From Prorocentrum cordatum (taxonomy: Eukaryota), in assembly GCA_963575745.1 (NCBI GenBank), contig CAUYUJ010000235.1, positions 62,001-116,493 of the forward strand: 54,493 nt of DNA, given 5' to 3'. The notes below the pieces were generated by a model that searched no databases, was not told the origin of the DNA, and saw only the letters and a program-made list of their open reading frames with translations. Positions within the stretch are counted from its first letter, which is position 1; each line of letters starts with the position of its first letter. Position numbers and translations under genes: made by a program. This document shows, in pieces, positions 12,700-23,836 of the stretch.

Positions 12700-13620
12700 T
12701 ACATTTTCCCTTGTCTCCCCACAGCCAGACATGGGTTCCACCGCGCAGGTTTCCGACCGGCTCGGCGGGGCTTGGTGGGCGGGGGGCGAAATATATCGAA
12801 GCAGTCAGAAAGCGCTTTCCAGAATTGGTTGTGCAATTATGCGACGCGTGGGCATCAGCGGCTCTCTACTGCGCGCAGGAGACATGCAGAGCACCGCGTG
12901 AAGTTACTGATCTGATTTGCCATGGAGAGTGGTCGGTATTCCGAAGGGGGAATCTGACATGCGCCTAATATTCGTTGGATCCTTCTGGCCACGATGCTGG
13001 CTCAGTGCATTGGCGTAGGCAGTGCCACATACTGGCGACAAGCAGGGGGCAGGAAAGCGCAGCGCGAGCGTTGCGCGCGCAATTTCAAAGCGGCGGGTCG
13101 AAATCGCAACCCGATGCAGCTTCAGAATTGGATATTTCACGAGCGTGTGTTTAGATTGAGAATGAGATCGGTGAAACAGCCCTTCTGTCTTGTAAAACGC
13201 CCGACGCAGCGGCGCACGCGGCGGCGGCGGCCCGGACAGGACTTCGGACGCTATGCGGAGGCGGCCAATGCGCCCCGCCGATATATCCAGAGAGAAGCCT
13301 CCCGCAAGGGGGCTCGGTGGCGCCAGCGGGTATGATGGCTGCACTTATGCCGTGGCAACCGAACAATGGACGGGCCTACATGGACGATCGATTCTTGGCG
13401 AACGCGAGCGCTGATCTCGTCCAAGACGACATCAACATGGCGGAGACCTTTGGCAGAGACTGTGGGCTCGTGGAAAATACTGCAAAGCTTTGGGCGTGGA
13501 GTGCAGCAGATGATCCCTTAGCTGCGGTTGAGCATCCTGGCGCCGACACACGGACGCAGAGCGCCCCATTCTTCCCAGACGTGGATGGGAAAACATATAT
13601 CAAGCAGCGGAGACACTAGG
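12700..13620 (+). pseudogene. Reverse transcriptase domain of LINE A (degenerate)
   Basis: QG motif followed by RAYMDDRFL and GLVENTAK; upstream IFVGSFWPRCWLS and ELDISRA. Confidence 0.8.
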
Positions 13621-14639
13621 ACCTATACCTGGCGGTTCGGATGCACGAGAAAGGCTGGCAGTGACTTGTTTAAGGCCGTTATGGCATTGGGCCTCACTTC
13701 TGCCGACGCCGCCCCTTGAGGACCATCCCCGTCTCCTCCACAAGGCAATTGCGAGATCCTCTTTGGTCACACAGAGGACATGTGCACCCCCGCCTGGGGG
13801 CAGTCATGCATGCAAACAACACGGCAGTCCATGAGAAACTGGAGTGGTCACATTTCGTGGAGACGGCGGCGGTGGCCCATTGCGCCGTGCTTGGGTTTCA
13901 CCTTACGAGGTTTTCAGCACAGCAGGGTTGCTTACTCGAGGTAGACCTGCGGATGGTCATAGAGTTTCTGGGGCAGCGCAGAAATTGCCCCCACCTGGTA
14001 CTCAACGCGTCTGGACGAGAAGGCCACTGCAAGAGCGGCACAAGGGAAAGGTCGATCATGCATTGCTAACAGTAGCAGGGGTGGTCTGCTTCGAAGAAGT
14101 GGTGCAGAAAATGAGTGACGCGGAGAAAACGACGAGGTGGAGCCCAATGTTGTTTCGCATGGGTCCTTTGCCAAGTGGGCCGGAAGGCTCCCTGATGTTG
14201 GCAAGAAGCTTCTGTGCATTTATTTGCCGGGCGTGGTTTCATCAGAACAAGACGAAACGGTGAAAAATTGCAGTCATTGCAATGCGCTCTGGCCTTCTTT
14301 CAGACATGTGTGGGCAGAATGCCCAGAATTCGACCATCAACGTGTTTTGGTTATGTGACAAGTTGGGGCTGGCTCTTTCCATTTGGACCAGCGCTCCCAA
14401 AGCTACGTCTAAGAGCGGGTGGATCGTTCTCGCAGGCAGCTTCACTTCAAGAACGAGCGACCATGACGAGGGCGGCTTGCGAGTCGGCCGTACACATCAT
14501 GCACTTCAGTCCTCATCAACGCCTACAACCACTGGATTAGATCCATGTGCTGGGTCTACTTCTTCGAAAAAATGTGATTTCAGACACCAGCTTATTCTTC
14601 TTCGTCGTATGCGAAGGTGTTGACAGTTGCTGAAGGAGG

Positions 14640-14890
14640 AGTTCTCCGTGGGGTACGATCCGTTTGAGGAGTGTGCCCAAATACGTGCGGGGACGCATAC
14701 GGGCACCTTCAGTGGAGCCGTACGTAGAGTCCCCTGTGAGGCACGATCCGTGTGAGGGGTATATCGAACTTTGCATGGGGACGAATGCAGGCGCCCTCAC
14801 TGATGTCGGAGGTAGGGTTCCCTCACTGGTGCTGTAGGTGGAGCGCCCTGAAGGGGCACGATTCGTGTGAGGGGTGTGCCGGATTGATGG
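14640..14890 (-). repeat. Degenerate units related to the 90-bp satellite
   Basis: About three units of gg(c/t)acgat(c/t)cgt(g/t)tgagg(g/a)gt, with cttcagtggagc and ggtggagcgccct motifs. Confidence 0.6.
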
Positions 14891-15059
14891 AAAAGAGGAA
14901 AGGGGAGGAAGGAAGGAAGGCGAAGGACTAGTGGACGCGCGGCTCCGCGGAGACAAATCGAGGACCCAACAAGACAGGAGGGTCGGGAAGACCGGAACGC
15001 CAACCCGCACAGAGCGCTCGCGTGATGCCCCGCAGAGGTTTCCGACCCTGTCGCAATTC

Positions 15060-16200
15060 CTCTAAGCTACGAGGTGTCCCACTTTGGCGCGGACAACCCC
15101 ACAGAGCATCGAGGAGATGAGAAGCGCGCGCGAAGCGCACGCGTGGTTCCACCATCAAATTATTGTGTGCGCTGTCATCATCGGAGTCATCAGAGATCTT
15201 GAGCTTGCAGCGTCTTGCATCATACTTCCGCATCGTATGATTCTTGTTGGGGTTCTTGAAGTTGCAAGAGGTGTAGGCAAAGTCTGCGCGGTGCTTTGAT
15301 CGGTTGATTAAAAGACGAATTGTGCAGGCGTTTCGAAAGGTGGGGGACGCATCCCGAGGGCCTCTTGCTCCACTACCCAACACCCTTCCCCCTCTGCTCC
15401 CCTCGTCGCCCTCCCCGTCCCATTTTCTCCACATTTCCCTCTCCGTTCCCACTCCCCACCCTCAGTCCCTCTCCCTCTCCCTCGCCCGCCTGCTAGGCAA
15501 GACGGGCCTCGCGAAATGCACAACTCGGAACCGCTAGAGACTGGCCCCGTAGTGCGAAAAACCTTGCCCACGACCTCTCCGCCAAACGGCTTCGTGCACG
15601 GCAGACGTTGCCCATGCGGCCAGTGATTGTCCGTGCCCCTGGCATCGCTCTCTCATCGACTTTCAGCGGTTGAGGGACGACTTGAATTTGGAAGTAGTGA
15701 GCCCGCATGGTCGAGGAAGTTCAAGGCAGCGTCGGATTGTTCAGGCGACGCAAGAGAGGCTAAGCCGACGGATCTCGTCAGATATCATCGCGCTATTCCA
15801 GCCGTATGGATATGAAGCATCCACCTGGCGAGTGCGACGACAAGGGGCGTGCGTACCGTGGTTGTACTACATTCGCTCATAGCCACGCGTCGCGAGAAAC
15901 ATGTGAACATAAGCAATCGCGTGCCTCAGTAAGTTTGGTGCGCGCACATGCTGGCATGTTGAGGGTGCACGCTTCACATCCGATCGGTTCCACGCGTGCA
16001 GGTATGTCTAGACGTCGACCCCACCAAACTCGGATTTGCCCAGGGACGTCCATTCCCCTAGACCACCCCGAAGCACAGTTGAGAGAGATCAGTTTTCCAG
16101 CCAGTAGAGGGTGCTTAGTTTATGGCACCGGGCGGGACAGGCGCAAGGGCGAACTACGCCACGAATCAGGGGCGAGAGATGTTCACGCGTGTGAGTGGCA
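15060..16200 (-). pseudogene. Possible highly decayed LINE fragment (post-RT region)
   Basis: Minus-strand HYFQIQVVPQPLKVDERAMP weakly resembles the FVAQCAPLPP region of LINE C; many stops. Confidence 0.25.
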
Positions 16201-16549
16201 GATGCTTCGGTCGCGCCCTTATCCCTCCTTCTTCCTCCCTACCCTCCTCCATCCTCGCCCCTCCCTCGACCTCTCTCCCTCACCCCGCTGCTTGTAATTC
16301 AGCTTCAGCTGGGGACAGGCAGGCCACTCCTTCGTTTGGCTGTCAAGCCGTTATTACAGCTGTCTGGTCTTCAAAGGAGAGGCTGGATCTGATGTGTTGT
16401 GCATTTGGCTCGCAGGCATCCTGTTCGTGCGGGAAGGCTGCTAGAACGACACAGCCCGAGGTGGCGGCGCCAACCCTGTCTGCCTGTACGCGCGTCGGAT
16501 ACCAGAGGCGGTGACAAGTCAAGGAGGGGGTTGGTGGATTGCAGGCGGG

Positions 16550-16743
16550 TCTCCCTCTCTCTCTCTCTCTCGTTCTTCCCTTCCCCCATCTCTCTCTACA
16601 CACACGCTCGCACATCGACATACTCAGATACATGTACACGCGTACACACATACCTACCTACCTACCTACCTACCTACCTACCTACCTACCTACCTACCTA
16701 CCTACATACATACATACATACATACATACATACATACACAAAT

Positions 16744-16814
<71 letters not shown>

Positions 16815-16930
16815 TACATACATGCAAACATTCATACATACATGCATACCTTCATACATGCATGCATACAGATGGTGCCTTCTCTCTCTATATATAATAG
16901 CTCTTTCTCTCTCTACCTCTCTCCCTCCCT
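16550..16930. repeat. Compound microsatellite (CT)n-(CTAC)n-(ATAC)n-(AGAC)n
   Basis: Directly visible. Confidence 0.95.
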
Positions 16931-18578
16931 GTCTAGCCTTGGTGGCCGAAGAGTTTCGGACATGCCGACACAAAATTCAGCAGGGCTTGTGTCGGCGGGT
17001 CGAGTGGTTCCCGTCTTGGCCTCTTTCCTCTCCCCAGTTCTTCTGCGCCGCCGTGTCGGAAGGATAATAGTGTCACGAGGCACCGAACAGGGAGAGATGG
17101 ACGCCCCCTTGGCAGACGAGACGACCAGTGCTGGAAGGCGGACACGGAGGTAAGTTGCGCACGCCGCCCCGCCATCCCAGTTGTGGCCCACGACGGTGTT
17201 GTGCTTGTTGCGGTTGCAAGAAGGGCGAGGATCACCAGACCGATTGTATGCATTGCAGGAGGCTCTGTGAGGAGGCACCGAATGATGTGGGGTTACAGCC
17301 TGCGGACAGTCGCTTTCCGTCATCTCCTCGAGCCAGTATTCAATGTTCCAGGGGTAAGGTGGCAATCCCACATGGAAGATCCACCTTAGAAAGAAGTGTT
17401 CGCTTCCAGGAGCCAGGGTCCGGCTTGTCGAAGTGGGAACTACAACAGCTTATCGTCCTGGGCACCCAGGTTGGGGACGAATCAGGAGTTTCAAAATACA
17501 AGGCCGTGCTCAAGCAGTTTGGTGGGCAAGCCCAGCCCACCCCGATCCAGCAAACAGCACCTTCCGCCCATGCGAAGGTGCTGGAGACGGATTTGCAGCT
17601 GCAGAGATAGACCGCGAATGTGGACAAGGCCCTGGAGACGGCCAACGCACAGTCCGCAATCGTGCAGCGCGTACGGGACGAACTTGTTCAGGCCGATGAG
17701 CACTATCGATCGATTGTGGCTGACTTGTACGGAGCTTCGGGGGCGAAGCGAGCCGCTCTTCGATTTCAAGGAGTTCGAGTGAGAGCGAGATACCCGATGC
17801 AGATCGGAATGTTGTCCAAGCCCGTGCATGCGCCATGCGTGGTGCCCTACAGAAGTGTGCTAAGGAACTGTTCCCAGGAACAATCAAGAACGTCGAGTCC
17901 ATGAAAAAGGTGCGTGGTAAGCACAGAACTAGACCTGCTACCAACGAGCGGGAGATGGCCGAGAGAGCTGCGGCTGGAGGTGGCAAGCAGGGGGAGCAGG
18001 CAGAAGTTCAGCAGGCAGCCACGGCAGGCATGGCAGGCGCAGCATCGAGCACCGAGTCCCAGAGCAAGGAGGTTGCCAAGGTTGATCCGCGAGCAGGCGG
18101 TGGGGAGCCCATTACCGCGGGTGGCCAGAATATTCGCAGTCGTGCCGATCGCAATCTCGCGTAGACTGCGTCAGTCGGGCAGTCATCGAGATCTCAGTCA
18201 GCGCACCCGTCTGCTCGGGTTGCCGCCGCTGGGCGACGCTGCAGGCTGGATGGGTGCTGCTGCGTCAATTGGAGCGGCCGCGGGTGCGTCTTCTCACGAG
18301 CCGAGAGGGCGGGTCACCAACATCCGCCATGTGCTCAGGAAGTTGTTTTGGAAGGTTTGATTACCACGCTTCTGTCGAGTCGGCTGGTTCCCCGTGGCGG
18401 GCACAGGGCCAGAGGCCGAGGCACACGGGGGTCGCTGGCAGAGGAGAAGTGTCACGTGTCCCCCGACGTGGGGACCGTGAGAGTTCCTCTTGCAGGTGGT
18501 CTCTGGGGTCTGGGGATCTAGGCAGCGGCGGAGCCCCCCTGTCTTGCAGCGGCTCCCCAGAGCTTCCCGTGGAAGGCT

Positions 18579-18971
18579 GTGACTCTAAACTCGAGACGTG
18601 TAGCTGTCGGATTGGACTCGGTGAAAGAGCGGATGGTGATCACAAGCTTACCCGCCATCCGCACACAAGAGCACCATTCGATCGGAAACGAGGCGATGCG
18701 TGGAGCCGAGGTCCGGCGCTGCAGGAAGTGTAGGACAGGTGATTGTATTTCTGCGTCGCGTGGCCCCGCAGGAGGAGCAAGAGGCGGCGTGGCAGCGATT
18801 GTCTATGAATGGCCCAGGCTACACCACGCGCTTCCTCCATCAGGTCGAGCTGTGTTGGCCAAAGTTCATTCTCATAGTGGCACACCCGTCCTGGCTGGTG
18901 CAGTATATCCGAGGGACAGCGCAGGCCCTTCGAAGGGGAACTTGGCGGTGCTCAGCGGGATTGGGGCATGA
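18579..18971 (+). pseudogene. APE endonuclease N-terminal half (LINE B)
   Basis: TLN..., RTQEHH, GGARGGVAAIV, GRAVLA and AGAVYPRDS..NLAVL..IG motifs. Confidence 0.75.
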
Positions 18972-19129
18972 TCGGGCCCCAGGAGTCGGCGACACAAGCC
19001 GAAGCCGCGTCACCCGTGTGCAGGCCTCCCCGGAGAAGCACTTAGGGTGTAAGCGCGTGGTTGAGTAGTCGTGGGCCTGCCCATGCGGGAGTTCTGCTGC
19101 CCACTCCGCGGGCGCGGACACGGCCACGA

Positions 19130-19590
19130 CTGCTGCCACAACCACAGACGCAACGCCAGCCACTGCGGCGAACCATGCCCGCCAAGATCAACGCGACAAA
19201 CGCAACCACGGCGCACATGACGACTACGACGACGAAGAAAGCTGCAACCACGGCGGCCGCGACCACAAACCACGACGACCACGACACCGCGAGCACGGCC
19301 ACGACTGCGGCTACGACGACGACGACGACGACGACGCCGTCCGCGACGACAGCGACGACCACCGCCATGATCACGAACGCGCGACCACGTGCACGACGAC
19401 AACCCCGACGACCACCATCACGACCACGGTGACCACAACCACAATCTGTTCCAAGACGAGCACGACCACTTCCGCGAACACCAATACCACGTTCAGGACC
19501 ACGGCGACCACAGCCTCGACCACGACCATGACCGCGACACAGCCACGACCACGCCCACGACACGACAGTCATGAGCACGGTCACGACACA

Positions 19591-19638
<48 letters not shown>

Positions 19639-19645
19639 CACGACC

Positions 19646-19710
<65 letters not shown>

Positions 19711-20605
19711 GGTGATAGCAACCACGACGACCCAAACGCTGAGTTCGACCACAACGACGACGACGCCAGACAAGGAGCGGCCAAGAGCAGGATAATGGTT
19801 CTGATGTTTGTTTGCATACTGGTGGCGACGGTGGTGGTGGTGAAGGGGGTGGTTGTGATGGTGATGATGATGATGATGATGAGGAGGAGGAGGAGGGAGG
19901 AGGAGAGGAGGAGGAGGAGGAGGAGGAGGGGGAGGAGGAGGAGGGGGAGGAGGAGGAGGAGGAGAAGGATGCAGCTGCTGATGGATGCGGGATGAGGGAG
20001 GGAGAGTGGGAAGGGAAAGGAATGGAAAGGGAAGGGAAGGGAGGGAGGGGGCAGACAAGGCAGGAAAAGGAGGAGGAGAAGGAGGAGGAGGCTACCAGCA
20101 CGACGGCGACGACGACGGCGGCGCCCAGCTGTTGAGCCGATTCGGCCGAGGGGCGAGCGCGGTCCTGGTCCCCACCAGCGTACGGGCCCGGACCATTCTC
20201 ACCCCGATTTTTTCCCCTGTTCCCTATTTCCCCCTTCCCTCCGCCCTCCTCTCCCCCTCCGTTCCTCCGTCCGTCCGCCCCCCCTGTGTTTTCCTCCCTC
20301 CCCCATTCTCCCCCCCCGCCCTCCCTGCTCCCTTCCCCGCCCCCCTCCCCCGCGGGTTGGTTTCGGCATGGGCCGCGCCTGGGCGAGCTGGGCGTCCGCC
20401 GCCTTGCTGGGCCACGCGCTGCTGCGCGGGCTGCGCCAGAGCGGCGCGGGCCGCTCCGCTCGGGTGAAGGGGGGTCCTCCTCCTCCTCCTCCTCCTCCTC
20501 CTCCTCCTCCTCCTCCTCCTCCTCCTCCTCCTCCTCCTCCTTTTCCTCCTCCTGCTCCTCCTCCTCCTCCTCCTCCTCTTTCTCCTCCTCCTCTTCCTCC
20601 TCCAT
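19130..20605. repeat. Low-complexity block: (ACG/GAC)n, (GAT)n, (GAG)n, (CCT)n
   Basis: Directly visible. Confidence 0.9.
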
Positions 20606-20638
20606 CTCCAGCATGCAGCAGTATGGCATACACTGTGG

Positions 20639-21943
20639 ATGTCCCACCAGGGGACCAGCCGAGGCGAACCCCCCCGCCCATGGGACAGCTGTACCTACGA
20701 TCGCCCGCTGATCCATGTCACCCCCGAGGCCTTCAAAAAAGTCTGCAGGACCTTCAGGGCGACTACGGGAGTAGGAGCGGATCAAATACATCCCAGATGG
20801 CTGGGGGAGCTGTCCGACAAGGGCACGCAATTCATGTGCGACCTGGTCATGTACAGCAGCCAACACGTCCATTGGCCAACCAACGCGCAGCACATCCTCT
20901 ACTTCCCTCTGGATAAGAACGCTACCGATACTAGGCCTAGTGGGCGCATGACCACCACCATGCGGATCACCGAGAGACTGCATGCGGACATATACATTCA
21001 ATGGGAAGCAACAATTTCGCGGGGCTACGATTGGGCAACCAGGGGAGGAGGAGCAGAGAACGCCATGTGGACCCAGGCCCTAGCTGAGGAAGGCCTACCT
21101 GACAAAGTTGTTTCCCTCAGCGCCGTGTCCGACCTGGAGAAGGCCTTCGAGCACATCAGCGCCTACCGCCTGTGGGACACCAGCCCCGATCTCGACTTCC
21201 CGCGACAGATGATACACCTATTCATATCAATGCGCACGGGGCCCAGATGGATCATGTACCAGAAGATTGTCTTTAAATTCTGCACTGTCACCTACTCGGC
21301 CGTGATTGCGGGCTCCGGTGGTGGCACCAGAGCTCTGAAGATGGTCATCATTCCAGTTGGCTACAACATCCGCCTACAATGGCCACGTGTACGACAGGTT
21401 TTGTACGTGGACGACCACCAGATGCAGCGAGATGGAGGACGCCAAGAAGTGCGCGAGGACATCTACGCTAGCACCCAGTACTACATCAACCAGATCGAGG
21501 GCAACCTCGGCATACCCATCTCGCGCAACCGCGGGACCAAGCCAGGCAAGAGCTACTTCATCACAGCCGACAAGGAGCTGCGCCACACCTGCAGGGCCAT
21601 GGCCAACTACTTCGGCTACCAAGTCAAAGCCACAGGGGAGCAGCTCGGAGTGGACACTGCGGGGGGGGGGGGGGGGGATATCACGGAGGAAGGCTGGCTC
21701 GAGAATCCGCAAAGCCTGGGGCAGGAAGAGGAAGCTGCTCGGCCTAAAGGCCAGGAGGGGCCTCCACCAGAGCAGTGGTCTAAAACGGCCTGCTCCCCAG
21801 CATGTTCTACGCCTCGGCCAGCTTCGGGGCCCCCGCCACGATCCTCAACGCGGCCCGCATCCGCATGTCCAGCGGCCTCGGAGGCGAGCGCATGGGCAAG
21901 GACAGAACCTTGCGGCTCTGGCTTCACTCGGCCGACCCGATAG
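20639..21943 (+). CDS. Non-LTR reverse transcriptase, best-preserved ORF (frameshift at poly-G 21661-21677; natural frame continues to about 22500)
   Basis: GVGADQIHPR, DTRPSG, SDLEKAFEH, VIAGSG, LYVDDH (YVDD 21404-21415) and QLGVD motifs occur in RT order. Confidence 0.9.
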   Translation: MSHQGTSRGEPPRPWDSCTYDRPLIHVTPEAFKKVCRTFRATTGVGADQIHPRWLGELSDKGTQFMCDLVMYSSQHVHWPTNAQHILYFPLDKNATDTRPSGRMTTTMRITERLHADIYIQWEATISRGYDWATRGGGAENAMWTQALAEEGLPDKVVSLSAVSDLEKAFEHISAYRLWDTSPDLDFPRQMIHLFISMRTGPRWIMYQKIVFKFCTVTYSAVIAGSGGGTRALKMVIIPVGYNIRLQWPRVRQVLYVDDHQMQRDGGRQEVREDIYASTQYYINQIEGNLGIPISRNRGTKPGKSYFITADKELRHTCRAMANYFGYQVKATGEQLGVDTAGGGGGDITEEGWLENPQSLGQEEEAARPKGQEGPPPEQWSKTACSPACSTPRPASGPPPRSSTRPASACPAASEASAWARTEPCGSGFTRPTR

Positions 21944-22539
21944 CGCAGGCCACCCTCACCCCAATGGGCAAGTGGGCCACGGTCATCTGGGACACAGGGG
22001 CCGACTACGCCAAGCTCGAAGCAGTATGGAGAAGGGCAGTTCGCCTGGCAGCAGCTAGGCCCCCCACCGCAAGTTCGACTGGACGCAGGTCAGGGGCCCT
22101 GCCACCGCGCTCTATGGATCCCTGCACAGGCTTGGATGGACCTGGCCAGCCCCGCACATCATCATGACCCACCACCAGGAGCAGCTGAACATGAGGATCG
22201 TACCACCCCCCACGATCAAGGCGCTCGCGCTAGCCAGGCTCGAGCAGGTCGCCATGGAGGAATGGGCCGAGAAGCATGGGACACCTGGAGTTTCACGACC
22301 GTTTCTGGAACCAGTACGCGCCCTCCTCCGCCAGCAGGCTCAGCGCGACTGTCCGAGGCGAAGAGGCGCAATCAAGAGCTACCTGCGCGCCGCCTGCTGC
22401 ACCCAAGACGCACGATGGCGAAGAGGAGAGACATACCTACGAGAGTGCCAAGCATGCGGCAGTGAGATCGGCACCCAGCAGCACAGGTTCTGCAGGCGCA
22501 GTGCGCCCGAGCAGCAGAACAGGAAAGCCAGGCCTGTAC

Positions 22540-23010
22540 AGTGGCTTCGCCTTCTCCGACGGGTCGGGAGTGGGGCATCCAGGATGCAAGAGTTTCGGTT
22601 GGGGTTTCTCGTTCATGAGAGAGTCGCCGTTCGCCGTCGAATTCTCGCAATGTGGATGCCCTGCTGGCGTGCGAGCAACCCTCTCTGTCCTGCGGTGCGA
22701 GCTGTTAGGGTTCGCACAACTGTCGCAATTCGCCACCCCCCCGCTCACAGTGGGGGTTGATACTGATACTTTGTTTCGAGGCCCCAAGAGAGGCCGAGCC
22801 TGGTGCACCAACGGAGTTCGCTCGCATGCAGATGTTTGGACGCAGATTTGGAACGTCCTAGATGATAGTTTTCCTGGCCTAGCAGGGCTCACCATGGTCA
22901 AAAGCAAGGCTCACTCTGCGCAGCGCTTGAATTCCGACGACCCAGAGTGAGCTTCCTCGCCCGAGGCAATAAAGAGGCGGACGAAGGGGCCCGAGAAGGG
23001 GCCGACCTCG
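22540..23010 (+). pseudogene. RNase H domain (LINE B)
   Basis: AFSDGSG..GWG, RCELLG, VGVD, HADVWTQIW, VKSKAH and, after a frameshift, GNKEADEGAREGA: the D-E-D-H-D arrangement of RNase HI. Confidence 0.85.
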
Positions 23011-23814
23011 CCCCTCGACCTGCTGGCACCAGCACGACGCAGAAGCAAAGATATACGGACGCTCAAGCAGTTTTGAGTTTTGTGGCCGACCTTACAGTAA
23101 GGACGGAGTCTTTCGCCGACACCACCCCGAACCCCCCCCCCCCCCCCCCCTTGCCGGGAGGAGAGGGAGAGGAGGAGGAGCGTTGGCCCCCAGATGAAGG
23201 TACCGAGTTGCCCTGCAGAGACCCCACCTGGTTAGTCTCTCAGGGCTTGCCGTTTCTTGCCTCCGCTGCGGACGCAAAGCCGCCGCGAGGAAGGGGCGCG
23301 CAATATTCAGATTCCAAGAGTGTCTGGGCCGCGCGGTCTGTAGGAGGCCAGGAGGCCAAGTTCCCCCTCCTCCTCCGAATCCCCCCTCCCCCACAGGTAA
23401 TAAAAACTTGTTCCGAGGCCGCGCGCTCTGGAAGACAGGGCCCTTTGCGTTCTGCTAAAACTGCGGAAGTTTCTCGTCGCTCACGTTGAGGGGTCTGGCC
23501 GAAATCTGCAAGTTCACACCTGCAGATGAGAATGCTAAGACCCGCAGGAACCGCCTGCGACAGGGCAGGTACCCCAGGGAGAGTGAGCAGCACGCAGACC
23601 CGCGGGAGTTAGGCACCGAGGAGGTCCAGAGGTTCGAGGCCGACCTCGGACCCCTCGTGCCCGCTCCTGATGCTGCTGCTGCTGCCCCTCCCCTGGCATA
23701 GTAATCGTCTCCTCGCGCTGCGCGCGCCTGCCGCTGCTGGCCCGCCTCGCCGCCCATCCCGCCCATTCCTCCTCCTCCTCCTCCTCCTCCCCCTCCCCCT
23801 CCTCCTCCTCCTCT

Positions 23815-23836
23815 TCCGTAGCCATTTTGGCTCAAG
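23815..23836 (+). other. Full-length dinoflagellate spliced leader (DinoSL)
   Basis: TCCGTAGCCATTTTGGCTCAAG is a 22/22 match to DCCGTAGCCATTTTGGCTCAAG. It is followed by GGGCCC, not a GT donor. Confidence 0.95.

Larger units (their letters stand above)
16950..23701 (+). mobile_element. LINE B: non-LTR retrotransposon with RNase H, interrupted by low-complexity DNA
   Basis: Cys-rich and coiled-coil ORF1-like region 17128-17900; APE N-half 18579-18971; RT from 20639; C-x2-C..H..C about 22446-22495; RNase H 22540-23010; C-terminal ZnF-like 23440-23580. Joining the 5' and 3' halves into one element is inference. Confidence 0.7.
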
